Under the pieces are notes generated by a model that was not told where the DNA came from, did not search any database, and saw only the letters and a program-made list of their open reading frames with translations. A DNA stretch of 57,787 nt from Candidatus Aminicenantes bacterium (lineage in GTDB: Bacteria > Acidobacteriota > Aminicenantia > UBA2199), in contig JAFGST010000027.1 in assembly GCA_016934475.1 (NCBI GenBank), positions 1-57,787 of the forward strand, given 5' to 3'. Positions 29,214-38,288 of the stretch are shown in pieces; the first letter of the stretch is position 1, and each line of letters begins with the position of its first letter. The position numbers and the translations under genes are program-made.

Positions 29214-30491
29214 ATGATCCCCGTCGACACCGTTGTCCGCAACATCGGCTGCCTGGTCAATCCCGGCTCCGACCGGGGGGCGCGCGGCCGTGAGGCGGAT
29301 ACCCTGCGCGTGCTGGAAGACGCCTGCATCGGTTCCTCGCAGGGGCGCATCGCCTTCCTGGGAACGGAGAAGGAATGCCGGGGGCGCTGGCGCCTGCAGC
29401 CGGGAGGGATGGAACTCGATGCGGGCGGGAAACTGGTGTTGCCCGGACTGGTGGATCCCCATACGCACCTGCCTTTCGCCGGCACCCGCCAGGACGAGTT
29501 CCAGCTCAAGCTGCAGGGAGTGAGCTACCAGGAGATCGCCCGTCGCGGCGGAGGCATCAAGGGCACGGTGCGCAAGACGCGCGAGATCCCCCTGCCGGAC
29601 CTGGTCGCCACCTGCCAGGAAAGACTGGATCGCATGCTGCTCTCCGGAACCACCACCCTGGAAGCCAAGAGCGGCTATGGACTGGACCTGGACGGCGAGC
29701 TGAAGCAGCTGCGGGCGCTGCGCGAGGTTTCCGGCCGCCATCCGTCCACCATCGTTTCCACCTTCATGGGCGCCCACGAGATCCCCGACGAATTCCGGGG
29801 CCGGAGCCGGGAATTCCTCGACCGGCTTCTGGCCGAGGTCCTGCCGCGGGTGCGCGAGGAGGGCCTGGCCGAGTTCGTCGACATTTTCTGCGAGGAGGGA
29901 TACTTTTCCTATGAGGACGCGGAATACTATTTGCAGCGCGCCGCCCAGGCCGGATTCCGGCTCAAGATGCACGCCGACGAGTTCACTTCCAACAACGCCG
30001 CCGAGCTGGCGGCCCGGCTGCATGCGGTCTCGGCCGAGCACCTGATCGCCATCCGCCCGGAGGAGATCGCCCGCATCGCCGCTTCCGACACGGTCTGCGT
30101 CCTGCTTCCCGGCGTCTCCTTCTTCCTGCGCCTCGGGAGGTACGCCCCCGCCAGGGAGATCCTCGCCTCCGGCGGTCTCCTGGCCCTGGGGACCGACTTC
30201 AATCCGGGGAGCTCGATGATCTCGTCCCAGCTGTTCATTTTCCACCTGGGCGTATACCAGATGGGCATGACCATCGAGCAGGCCCTGAACGCGGTCACCA
30301 TCAACGCCGCCTGCGCCATCGGTCGGCAGCACCGCGTCGGCTCCCTGGCCGAGGGCAAGGACATGGACCTGCTGGTCATGGATGTCCCCGATCATCGATA
30401 TCTGGCCTACCATCCCGGGATCGAGCCGGTGCATACCGTGCTCAAAGGCGGAAAACCCGTCGTGCGGGAGCGGCGCGTGGCCGCGAGATAA
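29214..30491 (+). CDS. hutI: Imidazolonepropionase-family amidohydrolase
   Basis: 425-aa ORF with GLVDPHTHLPFAG, YQEIARRGGGI, LEAKSGYGL, KMHADE and GTDFNPGS. Confidence 0.8.
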   Translation: MIPVDTVVRNIGCLVNPGSDRGARGREADTLRVLEDACIGSSQGRIAFLGTEKECRGRWRLQPGGMELDAGGKLVLPGLVDPHTHLPFAGTRQDEFQLKLQGVSYQEIARRGGGIKGTVRKTREIPLPDLVATCQERLDRMLLSGTTTLEAKSGYGLDLDGELKQLRALREVSGRHPSTIVSTFMGAHEIPDEFRGRSREFLDRLLAEVLPRVREEGLAEFVDIFCEEGYFSYEDAEYYLQRAAQAGFRLKMHADEFTSNNAAELAARLHAVSAEHLIAIRPEEIARIAASDTVCVLLPGVSFFLRLGRYAPAREILASGGLLALGTDFNPGSSMISSQLFIFHLGVYQMGMTIEQALNAVTINAACAIGRQHRVGSLAEGKDMDLLVMDVPDHRYLAYHPGIEPVHTVLKGGKPVVRERRVAAR

Positions 30492-30510
30492 AATGGGGGA
30501 GGAGAGCGTC

Positions 30511-31311
30511 ATGTCACGGAAGAGCGTCGTGGCCGGGCACTTCTACCCGGCCGATGGCAAAAGCCTGGAACGGGAATTACGGCGGCTGCTGCCGGCGGCC
30601 GCCGCCCAACGCAGGGTCCTGGGACTGCTCGCGCCCCATGCCGGGTACGTCTATTCGGGGAGCTGCGCCGGCATGGGCTACGGACGGGTGGCGCTGACCA
30701 AAACGGTGATCATCCTTGGAGTCAACCATCGCGGCGCCGGCCCCGAGCTGGCCGTGGACGCCAACGACACCTGGCAAACGCCGCTGGGCGAGGTCGAGGT
30801 GGATACCGAGCTGCGTTCGCGGCTGCTGGACTCCTCCCCGCTCTTCCGCCTGGACAGCGAGCCCGGCCGCATGGAGCATTCCCTCGAAGTCCAGGTGCCC
30901 TTCATCCGCTTCGCCAGTCCCGGCTCGCGCATCCTGCCCGTGGCCGTGGCCGCCCATCTTCTCGATGATCTGCTGGCCGCCGCCGAGGCGATCGCCCCGC
31001 TATTCGCGGGCGGCGCCGACTTGATGATGGTCGCTTCCAGCGACATGAGCCATTACATCTCCGCATCACGGGCCAGGGAACTGGACGGCCTGGCCATCGA
31101 GCGCATGCTGGCGCTCGATCCCGAGGGCCTGTACCGCACCGTGCGCGAAAACCGCATCTCCATGTGCGGCGTGGGCCCGGCGGTGATCATGCTTCATGCC
31201 GCCCGCCAGGCCGGAGCCACCCGGGCCGAGCTGGTCTGCTACACCCACTCGGGCGAGGTCTCGGGGGACATGGACGAAGTGGTCGGCTATGCCAGCCTGA
31301 TCGTGTTCTGA
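30511..31311 (+). CDS. Memo-family protein (AmmeMemoRadiSam system protein B type)
   Basis: The track ORF starts at 30382 inside hutI. The ATG at 30511 follows gggggaggag. It begins VAGHFYP and has APHAGYVYSG, EHSLEVQVPF and SSDMSHY. Confidence 0.75.
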   Translation: MSRKSVVAGHFYPADGKSLERELRRLLPAAAAQRRVLGLLAPHAGYVYSGSCAGMGYGRVALTKTVIILGVNHRGAGPELAVDANDTWQTPLGEVEVDTELRSRLLDSSPLFRLDSEPGRMEHSLEVQVPFIRFASPGSRILPVAVAAHLLDDLLAAAEAIAPLFAGGADLMMVASSDMSHYISASRARELDGLAIERMLALDPEGLYRTVRENRISMCGVGPAVIMLHAARQAGATRAELVCYTHSGEVSGDMDEVVGYASLIVF

Positions 31312-31319
31312 GCAGGCGT

Positions 31320-32588
31320 ATGGAGGAAATCGCGAACGCCCGGGAAGGCGGCGGCGAGCCGCTCGTCCTGCCCCGCAGCGAGCACTCGCTCTCGCGGCGA
31401 CTCGTGGATTCCGACGCCCTCAAGATCCTCTTCCGGCTTCGGCGCCTGGGCTTCACCGCCTACCTGACCGGCGGCGCGGTTCGCGACATGCTGCTGGGAA
31501 AGACGCCCAAGGACTTCGACATCGCCACCGACGCCCGGCCGGGCCAGATCAAGAAGCATTTCGCCAACGCCTTCATCATCGGCCGGCGCTTCCGCCTGGC
31601 CCACGTCCGCTTCCGCGGCGGCAAGGTCATCGAGGTCGCGACCTTCCGCAAGAATCCGGGTCCGCAAGCGGCCGCCGTCCCCGAGGGCGTCGGCGCGCCG
31701 CCGCACGCCTTCGGGACCCCCGAGGAGGACGCCTGGCGCCGCGACATCACCATCAACGCGCTGTTCTACGATCCGGGCACGGCGACGGTCATCGATCACG
31801 TCGGAGGATTGGCCGATCTGCGCCAGCGCCGCATCCGCGTTATCGGCGATCCCGCCGAGAGGTTCCGCGAGGACCCGGTGCGCATCTGGCGGGTGATCCG
31901 CTACGCCGCCCGCCTGGATTTCACCATTGGGGATGACGTTCTCGGCCAGATTATCCAGCAGCGGCACCGGCTCGAAGAATGCTCCCCGGCTCGCCTTTAT
32001 GAGGAGTTCTGCAAGGACCTGCTGGGGCCCCGAACCCGCGCCGTTGTCTCCCTGCTGAGGGAGAACGGCATCCTTGGCCATCTGCTCGGCCGCATCGGCG
32101 AGGCCTACGAGTCGGATCGTGCGGCGTTCGGCCGGTTCGCCGCCCTGGCGGCCGTCGTGGATGCCGAGAAGGAGGCGGGACGATCCTCCGCGCTGGCCGA
32201 AACCGCCGCCCTGTTCTTCTGGCCCTGGGCCGAGCCGCTGCTGGCCTCGGCCGGGCCCGATCCCTTCCCCTCCCTGAAGAAGGCCTTCCTGAATTCCGGC
32301 ATGGCCGTCGCCCTGCCCAAAGTGATGCGCGCCCACATCATCGACATCCTGGCCCTGAGCGGAAGGATGATGCGGGCCCTGAGCGACGGGCGCATGCGCT
32401 GGTCGGCGCGCGGACGCGCGCACTACCCGTTTTCCTCGCGGTTGTGCTTCCTGGCCAGCCAGGGACGGCTGCCGGGGGAGGGGGAGTCGTTCGAGACGCT
32501 GTTCCACCAGGCGTTTCCCGGCCGGCCGACCTCGGGGAGCGGCCCGCGCCGCCGCAGGCGCCGCCCGCGTCGTCCGGCGGCTCAGTGA
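31320..32588 (+). CDS. pcnB: Poly(A) polymerase I-like nucleotidyltransferase with Arg-rich C-terminal tail
   Basis: The track ORF starts at 31164. The ATG at 31320 gives MEEIANAR. Motifs are YLTGGAVRDMLLGKTPKDFDIAT, GRRFRLAHVRF, IEVATFR and RDITINALFYD, with a tail RRRRRRPRRP. Confidence 0.75.
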   Translation: MEEIANAREGGGEPLVLPRSEHSLSRRLVDSDALKILFRLRRLGFTAYLTGGAVRDMLLGKTPKDFDIATDARPGQIKKHFANAFIIGRRFRLAHVRFRGGKVIEVATFRKNPGPQAAAVPEGVGAPPHAFGTPEEDAWRRDITINALFYDPGTATVIDHVGGLADLRQRRIRVIGDPAERFREDPVRIWRVIRYAARLDFTIGDDVLGQIIQQRHRLEECSPARLYEEFCKDLLGPRTRAVVSLLRENGILGHLLGRIGEAYESDRAAFGRFAALAAVVDAEKEAGRSSALAETAALFFWPWAEPLLASAGPDPFPSLKKAFLNSGMAVALPKVMRAHIIDILALSGRMMRALSDGRMRWSARGRAHYPFSSRLCFLASQGRLPGEGESFETLFHQAFPGRPTSGSGPRRRRRRPRRPAAQ

Positions 32589-33772
32589 GCCGCCCGCAGG
32601 GCAGCCAGGGCCCTCTCGGCCATCCGATTCTGGAAAACGGCCAGTTCGGACGGGGAATGTCCTTGGAGAAGGAAATCCTCAGTCAGGGAGAAGATCTCCT
32701 CTTCGGCCCGCAGCAGCCCGGGAAGAAAGCCGCTTCCCTCGCGGTTGTCCAGGCGGGCGGCATCCAGGTACTCGCGGCGGTCGCCTTCGCCGTGGGGCCG
32801 GGCGATTTTCTTGAGTCCCTGCGACTCGGCCAGGAGGGCGGCCATCCCCCCCTGGCACAGGGGGTCCGGGGTCGGGCCGGCCTCGACCCAGAGGGGCAGG
32901 GCGATGGTGAACAGGGGCTCTCCCAGCATGACCCAGAACGTGGCCAGGGAACCGTCGTGCCCCGGCTGGCGCCCGTGGACCACGACGGCGGCTGATGTGC
33001 TGTAGCGATCGATGGTGTCGCGGCAGCAGATCCACAAGGGTTGGCCTCCGGGATGGAACTTGAACTGCGGATAGGCGGGCTGCCGGACCAGGGCGTGCCC
33101 CGTGTCGCGGCTGAAGCGCCCGAGGATCTGCCGGTGGCTGAGGGTCCCGGCCGCGATGGCGCCGAACAGCTCGGCGGCCCTCTCGTGGCGGAGGTAGCCG
33201 GCCCCGGTGCCCTTCGTGCCGCTGCGGGCGAAGTTGGTGTTGACGATGTAGCCTTCCTTGAAATCGGCGGCCGCGAATTTGCGGTAGGCATGGTTGGAGA
33301 CCTCGAACAGCGCGGCCCCTCCCCGGGCGTCCAGCACTCCGAAATTGGCCAGGCTGCCCAGGCTGGGCCCCAGGCTCGAACGCAGGTAGTTCTCGAACTC
33401 CTCGACGCTGGCGCACCGGCGCAGGGCGTCGGCCATGATCGTCCCTTCCAGGTCGCGCATCTCGTCCTTGTGCTGGGGCAGGTTGTAGGCAACGGAGTTG
33501 AATATGGCGAAGCCGGCGTCGTTCAGCCCGGCGTAGGCCCAGCGCCCCGAGCGGTCCTCGGCATTGACCAGTGCCAGGTAGGAATGCGGGCTCTCGCGGA
33601 CGAAGATGACCTTGTTGTTCAGGAAATCGGAGTCCCGGTTCTTCCAGAGCATGGGCCGGCCGTCCCGAACGGCCGCGGGGCTGAGGACCGCCGTGGTGCA
33701 GCCGCGCCCGGGCTCGGCAAGACACGCCAGCACCAGCGGCAGCAAAAGGAGCGGCAGCGGATTTTTTTTCAT
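32582..33772 (-). CDS. Secreted Ntn-hydrolase (peptidase C45 / acyltransferase-hydrolase-like), N-terminal nucleophile Cys
   Basis: The likely start is MKKNPLPLLLLPLVLACLA at 33772 (the track starts at 33844). The signal peptide is followed by GCTTAVL and PMLWKNRDS. Its 3' end overlaps the pcnB 3' end by 7 nt (convergent). Confidence 0.6.
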   Translation of the reverse strand: MKKNPLPLLLLPLVLACLAEPGRGCTTAVLSPAAVRDGRPMLWKNRDSDFLNNKVIFVRESPHSYLALVNAEDRSGRWAYAGLNDAGFAIFNSVAYNLPQHKDEMRDLEGTIMADALRRCASVEEFENYLRSSLGPSLGSLANFGVLDARGGAALFEVSNHAYRKFAAADFKEGYIVNTNFARSGTKGTGAGYLRHERAAELFGAIAAGTLSHRQILGRFSRDTGHALVRQPAYPQFKFHPGGQPLWICCRDTIDRYSTSAAVVVHGRQPGHDGSLATFWVMLGEPLFTIALPLWVEAGPTPDPLCQGGMAALLAESQGLKKIARPHGEGDRREYLDAARLDNREGSGFLPGLLRAEEEIFSLTEDFLLQGHSPSELAVFQNRMAERALAALRAAH

Positions 33773-33881
33773 GGCCACCTCATCGGCACACGCCGCATCA
33801 TAGGGGAGCGCGGAAGGGAAGTCAATGACCCGCGCCGGCGCCATTGACGGCCCTCCCCGTTTCCCCTATAATTTTCCGTCC

Positions 33882-35243
33882 ATGAGAGTGCACGTGGTTC
33901 TATTGTTGTCCGGCCTGGCCTGGTGCGCCGCCTGTCAGCGGCCGGCGCCGAAGCTGATCCCCGAGATCAGTCCGCCGCTTGTCCAGGAGGAGATCGCCTC
34001 TTGGAAGGGCTGCGTGGCCGGAAACACCCTCTTCCCCGTCGCCGGCGGCGTCGGCTGGGTGGACGTCACGGGGCGGATCATGGCCTGCGATGTCGCAAAG
34101 CGGAGCGTCGCGGAAATCTTCCGCGCCTCCTTCGCGGTGGAGGCGGCGCCGTTTCACCAGGGGGACCTCCTGGTTCTCCAGGGCAAGTCCGCCGACCGGC
34201 TTCTGGTGTACGACCTGGCGGCGCGGGAGGTGAAGTTCGAAGCCGTGCACTTGGGCGCCCAGGATATCCTGGGGATCGACGCCGACTGCCTGGTCTATAC
34301 TGAGGACGGGCGCCTGACGGTGAACTTCTGGCGCCGGGCGGGCGTCGTCTTCCGCTCGCCGGCGGAGGCGGCGCCGTTTCTCGACTGCCAATTCTCTGCG
34401 GAGCGCATCCTGGTCCTGGCCCCGGAGTTCCTGCACACGTTCCGGAAAGGGAGCGGCAGGTTCGAGCGCGAGCGTCTACCGCTGCCGGCCGTCTCGCCGT
34501 TCGCCTCCTCCGGGGATCATATTTATTACGGCTCCAGTGGGCGTTTCCTGGCGAAATACTCGACCCGGAAAAAGCGCCTGGCCTGGAAGGTGAAGCTGGG
34601 GAAGCTTCTGGAGCGGCGGCCCCTCGTCTTCGCCGGCACCGTCGTGGCCGGCCCCGAGGACAACAACGTGCTTCTGGTCAACGAGCGCGGCAGTATCCTC
34701 TGGTGGCAGGCGCTGGGATCCACCCTGCGCTTCGACCTCCTGCGCATGCGCGAACACCTGGCCGCGGTGCTGATGAACCGCGACATCACGTTCATCGATC
34801 CCAAGCGCCGGTGCCTGACCGTGTTCCCGGGCGCGAAGAGACCCTCGGGCCCGCCCCTGGCTTACGGCGGCGGCCTCTATTTCTTAGCCAGCGACGGCGA
34901 TGCCTGCCGCCTGCAGCGCGTCGCCAACCGCTGCGGCATTGACATCGAGCTGGAGCCGGCCCCGGTCCGCTGGGCGGGGCGCTCGGTCCGCTTTTCCCTC
35001 CGGCCCGTCAACCTGGTCGAGCCCTCGTGGACCTGCGTGATCCGCGACGCGGCGGGACAGCAGGTGTTCTTCAAGAGCATGGCCACGGCGGAGAAGACTT
35101 CCCTGGCCTGGGTTCCGCCCCGGGCGGGGAAGTACGTCATCGAGGCCCGGGCACGGTCGCGGGGGCGCAGCGATGAGAACAAGGCGTCGCTGCAGGTCGT
35201 TGATGAACGCAGCCTGGCGCCCTCGTTCTATCTGCATTTTTAG
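33882..35243 (+). CDS. Secreted hypothetical protein, possible beta-propeller with C-terminal Ig-like domain
   Basis: The start at 33882 (MRVHVVLLLSGLAWCAAC) is signal-like. The body is repetitive and beta-rich. The last roughly 100 aa resemble an Ig/PKD-like fold (RFSLRP, KYVIEARARS). The family is not recognised with confidence. Confidence 0.55.
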   Translation: MRVHVVLLLSGLAWCAACQRPAPKLIPEISPPLVQEEIASWKGCVAGNTLFPVAGGVGWVDVTGRIMACDVAKRSVAEIFRASFAVEAAPFHQGDLLVLQGKSADRLLVYDLAAREVKFEAVHLGAQDILGIDADCLVYTEDGRLTVNFWRRAGVVFRSPAEAAPFLDCQFSAERILVLAPEFLHTFRKGSGRFERERLPLPAVSPFASSGDHIYYGSSGRFLAKYSTRKKRLAWKVKLGKLLERRPLVFAGTVVAGPEDNNVLLVNERGSILWWQALGSTLRFDLLRMREHLAAVLMNRDITFIDPKRRCLTVFPGAKRPSGPPLAYGGGLYFLASDGDACRLQRVANRCGIDIELEPAPVRWAGRSVRFSLRPVNLVEPSWTCVIRDAAGQQVFFKSMATAEKTSLAWVPPRAGKYVIEARARSRGRSDENKASLQVVDERSLAPSFYLHF

Positions 35244-35263
35244 GAGATCCGCGTGGAGGACCA

Positions 35264-35746
35264 ATGAAAAAGAGATGGCTGCTGCTCCTGGCGGTCGCCG
35301 GGCTGGCCACCGTCCTGCCGGCGGCGGACATGTGCGTACTGGAGACCGAGCGGGGGACGCTGACCTTCCGGCTGTACCCCGAGGTGGCGCCGCGGACCGT
35401 GGCCCGCATTCTCAAGCTCGCCGACGAAGGATTCTTCGACGGCATCACCTTTCACCGCGTGGTGGCCGATTTCGTCGTCCAGGCCGGCGACCCGACCGGG
35501 ACCGGCGAAGGCGGTTCGGGTCAAACCATCCCCGCCGAGTTCTCGCACCTGCATTACGTGCGGGGTTCGCTGGGCATGGCCCGCGACGAGGACATTCATT
35601 CCAACGACAGCCAGTTTTTCATCTGCATCACCGACCAGCCCCATCTGGACGGGCGCTACACCCTGTTCGCACAGGTCGTCGACGGCCAGGAGGTGCTGGA
35701 CCGCATCCGCCGGGGCGACAAGATCCTTCGCCTGCGCCGGGACTAG
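35264..35746 (+). CDS. Cyclophilin-type peptidyl-prolyl cis-trans isomerase, exported
   Basis: 160-aa ORF with signal peptide MKKRWLLLLAVAGLATVLPA. Motifs are FHRVVADFVVQAGDPTGTGEGG, SLGMAR and SQFFI. Confidence 0.9.
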   Translation: MKKRWLLLLAVAGLATVLPAADMCVLETERGTLTFRLYPEVAPRTVARILKLADEGFFDGITFHRVVADFVVQAGDPTGTGEGGSGQTIPAEFSHLHYVRGSLGMARDEDIHSNDSQFFICITDQPHLDGRYTLFAQVVDGQEVLDRIRRGDKILRLRRD

Positions 35747-35747
35747 G

Positions 35748-36680
35748 ATGTTCGCCGCCCTGGCCGAGAGCCTGCGGCGGTTGGGGGTCCCCTGCCGCCT
35801 GAACGCCCCGATCGCCCCCCATCTTCATTTTCGCATCGGGGGAGCGGTCCGCCTGCTAGCATCCCCCGCAGGCTCGGGGCAGCTGGCCGCGGCCGTAAGG
35901 GAACTCGCCGCCGCCCGGGCGCCCTTCCTGGTCGTCGGCGGGGGCTCCAACATCGTCTTCGGCGACGGGCCGACACGCGCCGCGGTGGTGCTGGCGCCGG
36001 CGCCGGCGCCGACCCGCCTCCTGGATGACCGCTCGCTGCAGGTCGAGAGCGGCATGCGCAACCCGCCGTTCCTCTCCTGGTGCGCCGCCCAGGGCATCGG
36101 CGGCTTCGAGTTCCTCTCCGGCATCCCCGGCACCCTGGGCGGCGCGGCGGCGGTCAATGCCGGTGCCTTCGGCCGCTCCGTCGCCGACGTGCTGCTGGCG
36201 GCCGACATCGTCGACGAAGGGGGAAATCCCGGCACGGTCGAGGCCGGCCGTTTCGACTTCGGCTACCGCGGCTCGCGCTTCAAGTTCGGCCGCGAGACGC
36301 TGCTGGCCCTGCGCCTGCGGTTCGACCGCGACAGCGGAACGGCCATCGCCAGGAAGCTCAAGGAAAACCTGAACTACCGGCGCAAGCACCACCCTTCCTA
36401 CCGTCTGGCCTCGGCCGGCTGTTTCTTCAAGAATCCCATGCGCGACGGGGTTAAGATTTCGGCCGGGAAGCTGATCGAGGAGTGCGGACTGAAGGGGACA
36501 GCCTGCGGCGGCCTGGTCGTTGCCGCCGAGCACGGGAATTTCCTCCTCAACCGCGGCGGAGGGACCTTCGCCGACCTGCGGCGCCTGGAGGAGACGATCA
36601 GGGAAGCGTTGGCCGGGCGCACGGGGATCGTCCTGGAAAGGGAAGTGATCTACGTTTCTCCCGAAGGCAAGAAATATTAG
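35748..36680 (+). CDS. murB: UDP-N-acetylenolpyruvoylglucosamine reductase
   Basis: 310-aa ORF starting 1 nt after the cyclophilin stop. Motifs are VVGGGSNIVF, GIPGTLGGAAAVNAGAFG, YRGSRF and AGCFFKNP. Confidence 0.85.
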   Translation: MFAALAESLRRLGVPCRLNAPIAPHLHFRIGGAVRLLASPAGSGQLAAAVRELAAARAPFLVVGGGSNIVFGDGPTRAAVVLAPAPAPTRLLDDRSLQVESGMRNPPFLSWCAAQGIGGFEFLSGIPGTLGGAAAVNAGAFGRSVADVLLAADIVDEGGNPGTVEAGRFDFGYRGSRFKFGRETLLALRLRFDRDSGTAIARKLKENLNYRRKHHPSYRLASAGCFFKNPMRDGVKISAGKLIEECGLKGTACGGLVVAAEHGNFLLNRGGGTFADLRRLEETIREALAGRTGIVLEREVIYVSPEGKKY

Positions 36681-36745
36681 ATCGATCTAATAGTCTTAGT
36701 GTTAGTGTTGGTGTTAGCAAGAAACTCAACGAATAGCTTTTAAAG

Positions 36746-36780
36746 GGACGAGATTAGGAGTTATCGTCCTTGGCTTTTTC
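36746..36780 (+). terminator. Possible terminator after murB
   Basis: GGACGA (36746-36751) and TCGTCC (36764-36769) form a stem with a 12-nt loop, followed by ttggcttttt. The stem is weak. Confidence 0.35.
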
Positions 36781-36869
36781 CACTTTCTCTTCCCTTGCTC
36801 TTCCCTCTGCCTTCCCTTGAGCTCTTCCAGCTCGCTGCTTGTTGCTTGTCACTCGTCACTTGTCATTTG

Positions 36870-36898
36870 AAAAAAGGGAAGGGCTCTTCGCCCTTCCC
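36870..36898 (-). terminator. Rho-independent terminator of the tandem-paralog genes
   Basis: On the minus strand, GGGAAGGGC-gaaga-GCCCTTCCC (perfect 9-bp GC-rich stem) is followed by TTTTTT, 38 nt downstream of the stop at 36937. Confidence 0.65.
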
Positions 36899-36936
36899 CT
36901 GAGAAGCGACCTCATTTCGGTTGCGTTACGCGGAGT

Positions 36937-37578
36937 TTATTTTTTCGCCTTGCGGTTGTTGAACGAGGCGGAGGCGATGTTCCCGGGCCGCAGCGAGCTG
37001 CCAGAGGAGATGCGGGTGGCGGTCCAGCTGGCGCTGGTGACCTCCTTCTGGCCGATGGTCAGGCCGCTGAAGGTCGCCGTGCCGCTCATCGTGTCCTTGC
37101 CGTCGAACTTCCCCGTCATCGAGATATCCCATTCGTCGTACTCGAGGGAAACATCCTTGTTGTCGACGCGGTAGGTTCCCGTGTCGTCGTAATCGTCGAT
37201 GAAGGTCCCGTTTTTCTTGTCGCCGCGGAACGTCAGCGTCCAGGTCCAGCTGTGCGCCGGGGCGGTCGAGGTAAAGCTGAACTTCCAGGTCCCTAGGATG
37301 TCGTACTTGGTCTTGAAGACCACCAGGACCAGGACGGCGGCCACGGCCCCCACGGCCACCACGCCGAGGATGAGCGGCAGGGCGCTCTTCTTCTTGGGCC
37401 GGTATACGGTGTCGGCCTCCTCCTCGATGAAGCCCGGCGCCTGGTCCGGGCTTTCCAGCGACGCTTCCGCCCGGTCGGGAGCGGGAACGGCCCGAAGCGG
37501 CATGGCCGATACCCGCAGCAAGGACAGGAAGGCAAGGACGACGAGCCCCGCGAGTATCTTTTTATTCTTCTTTATCAT
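36937..37578 (-). CDS. Hypothetical membrane protein, paralog A (signal-like segment + acidic linker + TM + small beta-rich GTWK domain)
   Basis: 213-aa ORF. It shares AFLSLL-VSAMPLRA, SLESPD-APGFIEEE, KTKYDI-GTWK, TF-GDKK-G-F and GTY-VD with the neighbouring gene. Confidence 0.7.
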   Translation of the reverse strand: MIKKNKKILAGLVVLAFLSLLRVSAMPLRAVPAPDRAEASLESPDQAPGFIEEEADTVYRPKKKSALPLILGVVAVGAVAAVLVLVVFKTKYDILGTWKFSFTSTAPAHSWTWTLTFRGDKKNGTFIDDYDDTGTYRVDNKDVSLEYDEWDISMTGKFDGKDTMSGTATFSGLTIGQKEVTSASWTATRISSGSSLRPGNIASASFNNRKAKK

Positions 37579-37680
37579 TTTGCCAGATCCTCCTCACGAA
37601 TCATTTCCCTCCGTATGGACAATCACACCCTCGTCGCTTCGGAGCGGGACGTTTCCTCGGGCAATCTCCCGGGATGAAAG

Positions 37681-38262
37681 CTATTTTCTGGACTTCGCTT
37701 CACCCGTCAGCGACGGATCGCCGATCGCGGCGGTCGTGCCCCCCTTGACGGCGCTCCAGGTTCCGGGCGTACCGTAGCTGGTCATGGTGCCGCTCATGTG
37801 CGTCTTGTCGGTGAACTCGCCGGTGTAGACCGTTTGCCCGCTGGAATAGGTCCACTGCGCCTTCTTGCCGTCGACGGTGTACGTGCCGCTGGCCGTGCCA
37901 ATTTTGAACGAGCCGCTCTTCTTGTCGCCGGTGAAGGTGATGTCGTTGGACCGCTGAATATCTCCTTGGTACTGCCAGGTGAGCTTCCAGGTTCCGGTGA
38001 TGTCGTACTTGGTCTTCAGCACCACCAGGAACAGGAGGGCGGCGACCGCGGCGACGCCCACGCCGATCAGGATGACGGGCATGATGCTCTTCTTGGCGGA
38101 GGCGGGCTCGTACCCCTCCTCCTCGATGAATCCCGGCGCTTTATCCGGGCTCTCCAGCGACGTGCCCGTCTGGTCGGCCCGCAGAGGCATGGCCGAGACC
38201 TGCAGCAGGGACAGGAAGGCGAAAGTCAAAAATACGGCGATCAGCTTTTTGTGTTTCTTCAT
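37681..38262 (-). CDS. Hypothetical membrane protein, paralog B (same architecture as 36937-37578)
   Basis: 193-aa ORF with aggagg SD. It shares the blocks listed for paralog A. The C-terminal domain resembles lipocalin-like small beta-barrels (GTWKL). Confidence 0.7.
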   Translation of the reverse strand: MKKHKKLIAVFLTFAFLSLLQVSAMPLRADQTGTSLESPDKAPGFIEEEGYEPASAKKSIMPVILIGVGVAAVAALLFLVVLKTKYDITGTWKLTWQYQGDIQRSNDITFTGDKKSGSFKIGTASGTYTVDGKKAQWTYSSGQTVYTGEFTDKTHMSGTMTSYGTPGTWSAVKGGTTAAIGDPSLTGEAKSRK

Positions 38263-38288
38263 CGTTCCTCCTTTAGTGTACTTACGTA

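Noticed and set aside
29214-30491. hutI immediately after ftsZ without hutH/hutU/hutG.
   Set aside because: Imidazolonepropionase-like amidohydrolases are frequently stand-alone, and other hut genes may be elsewhere. Sequence alone gives no signal of unusual function.
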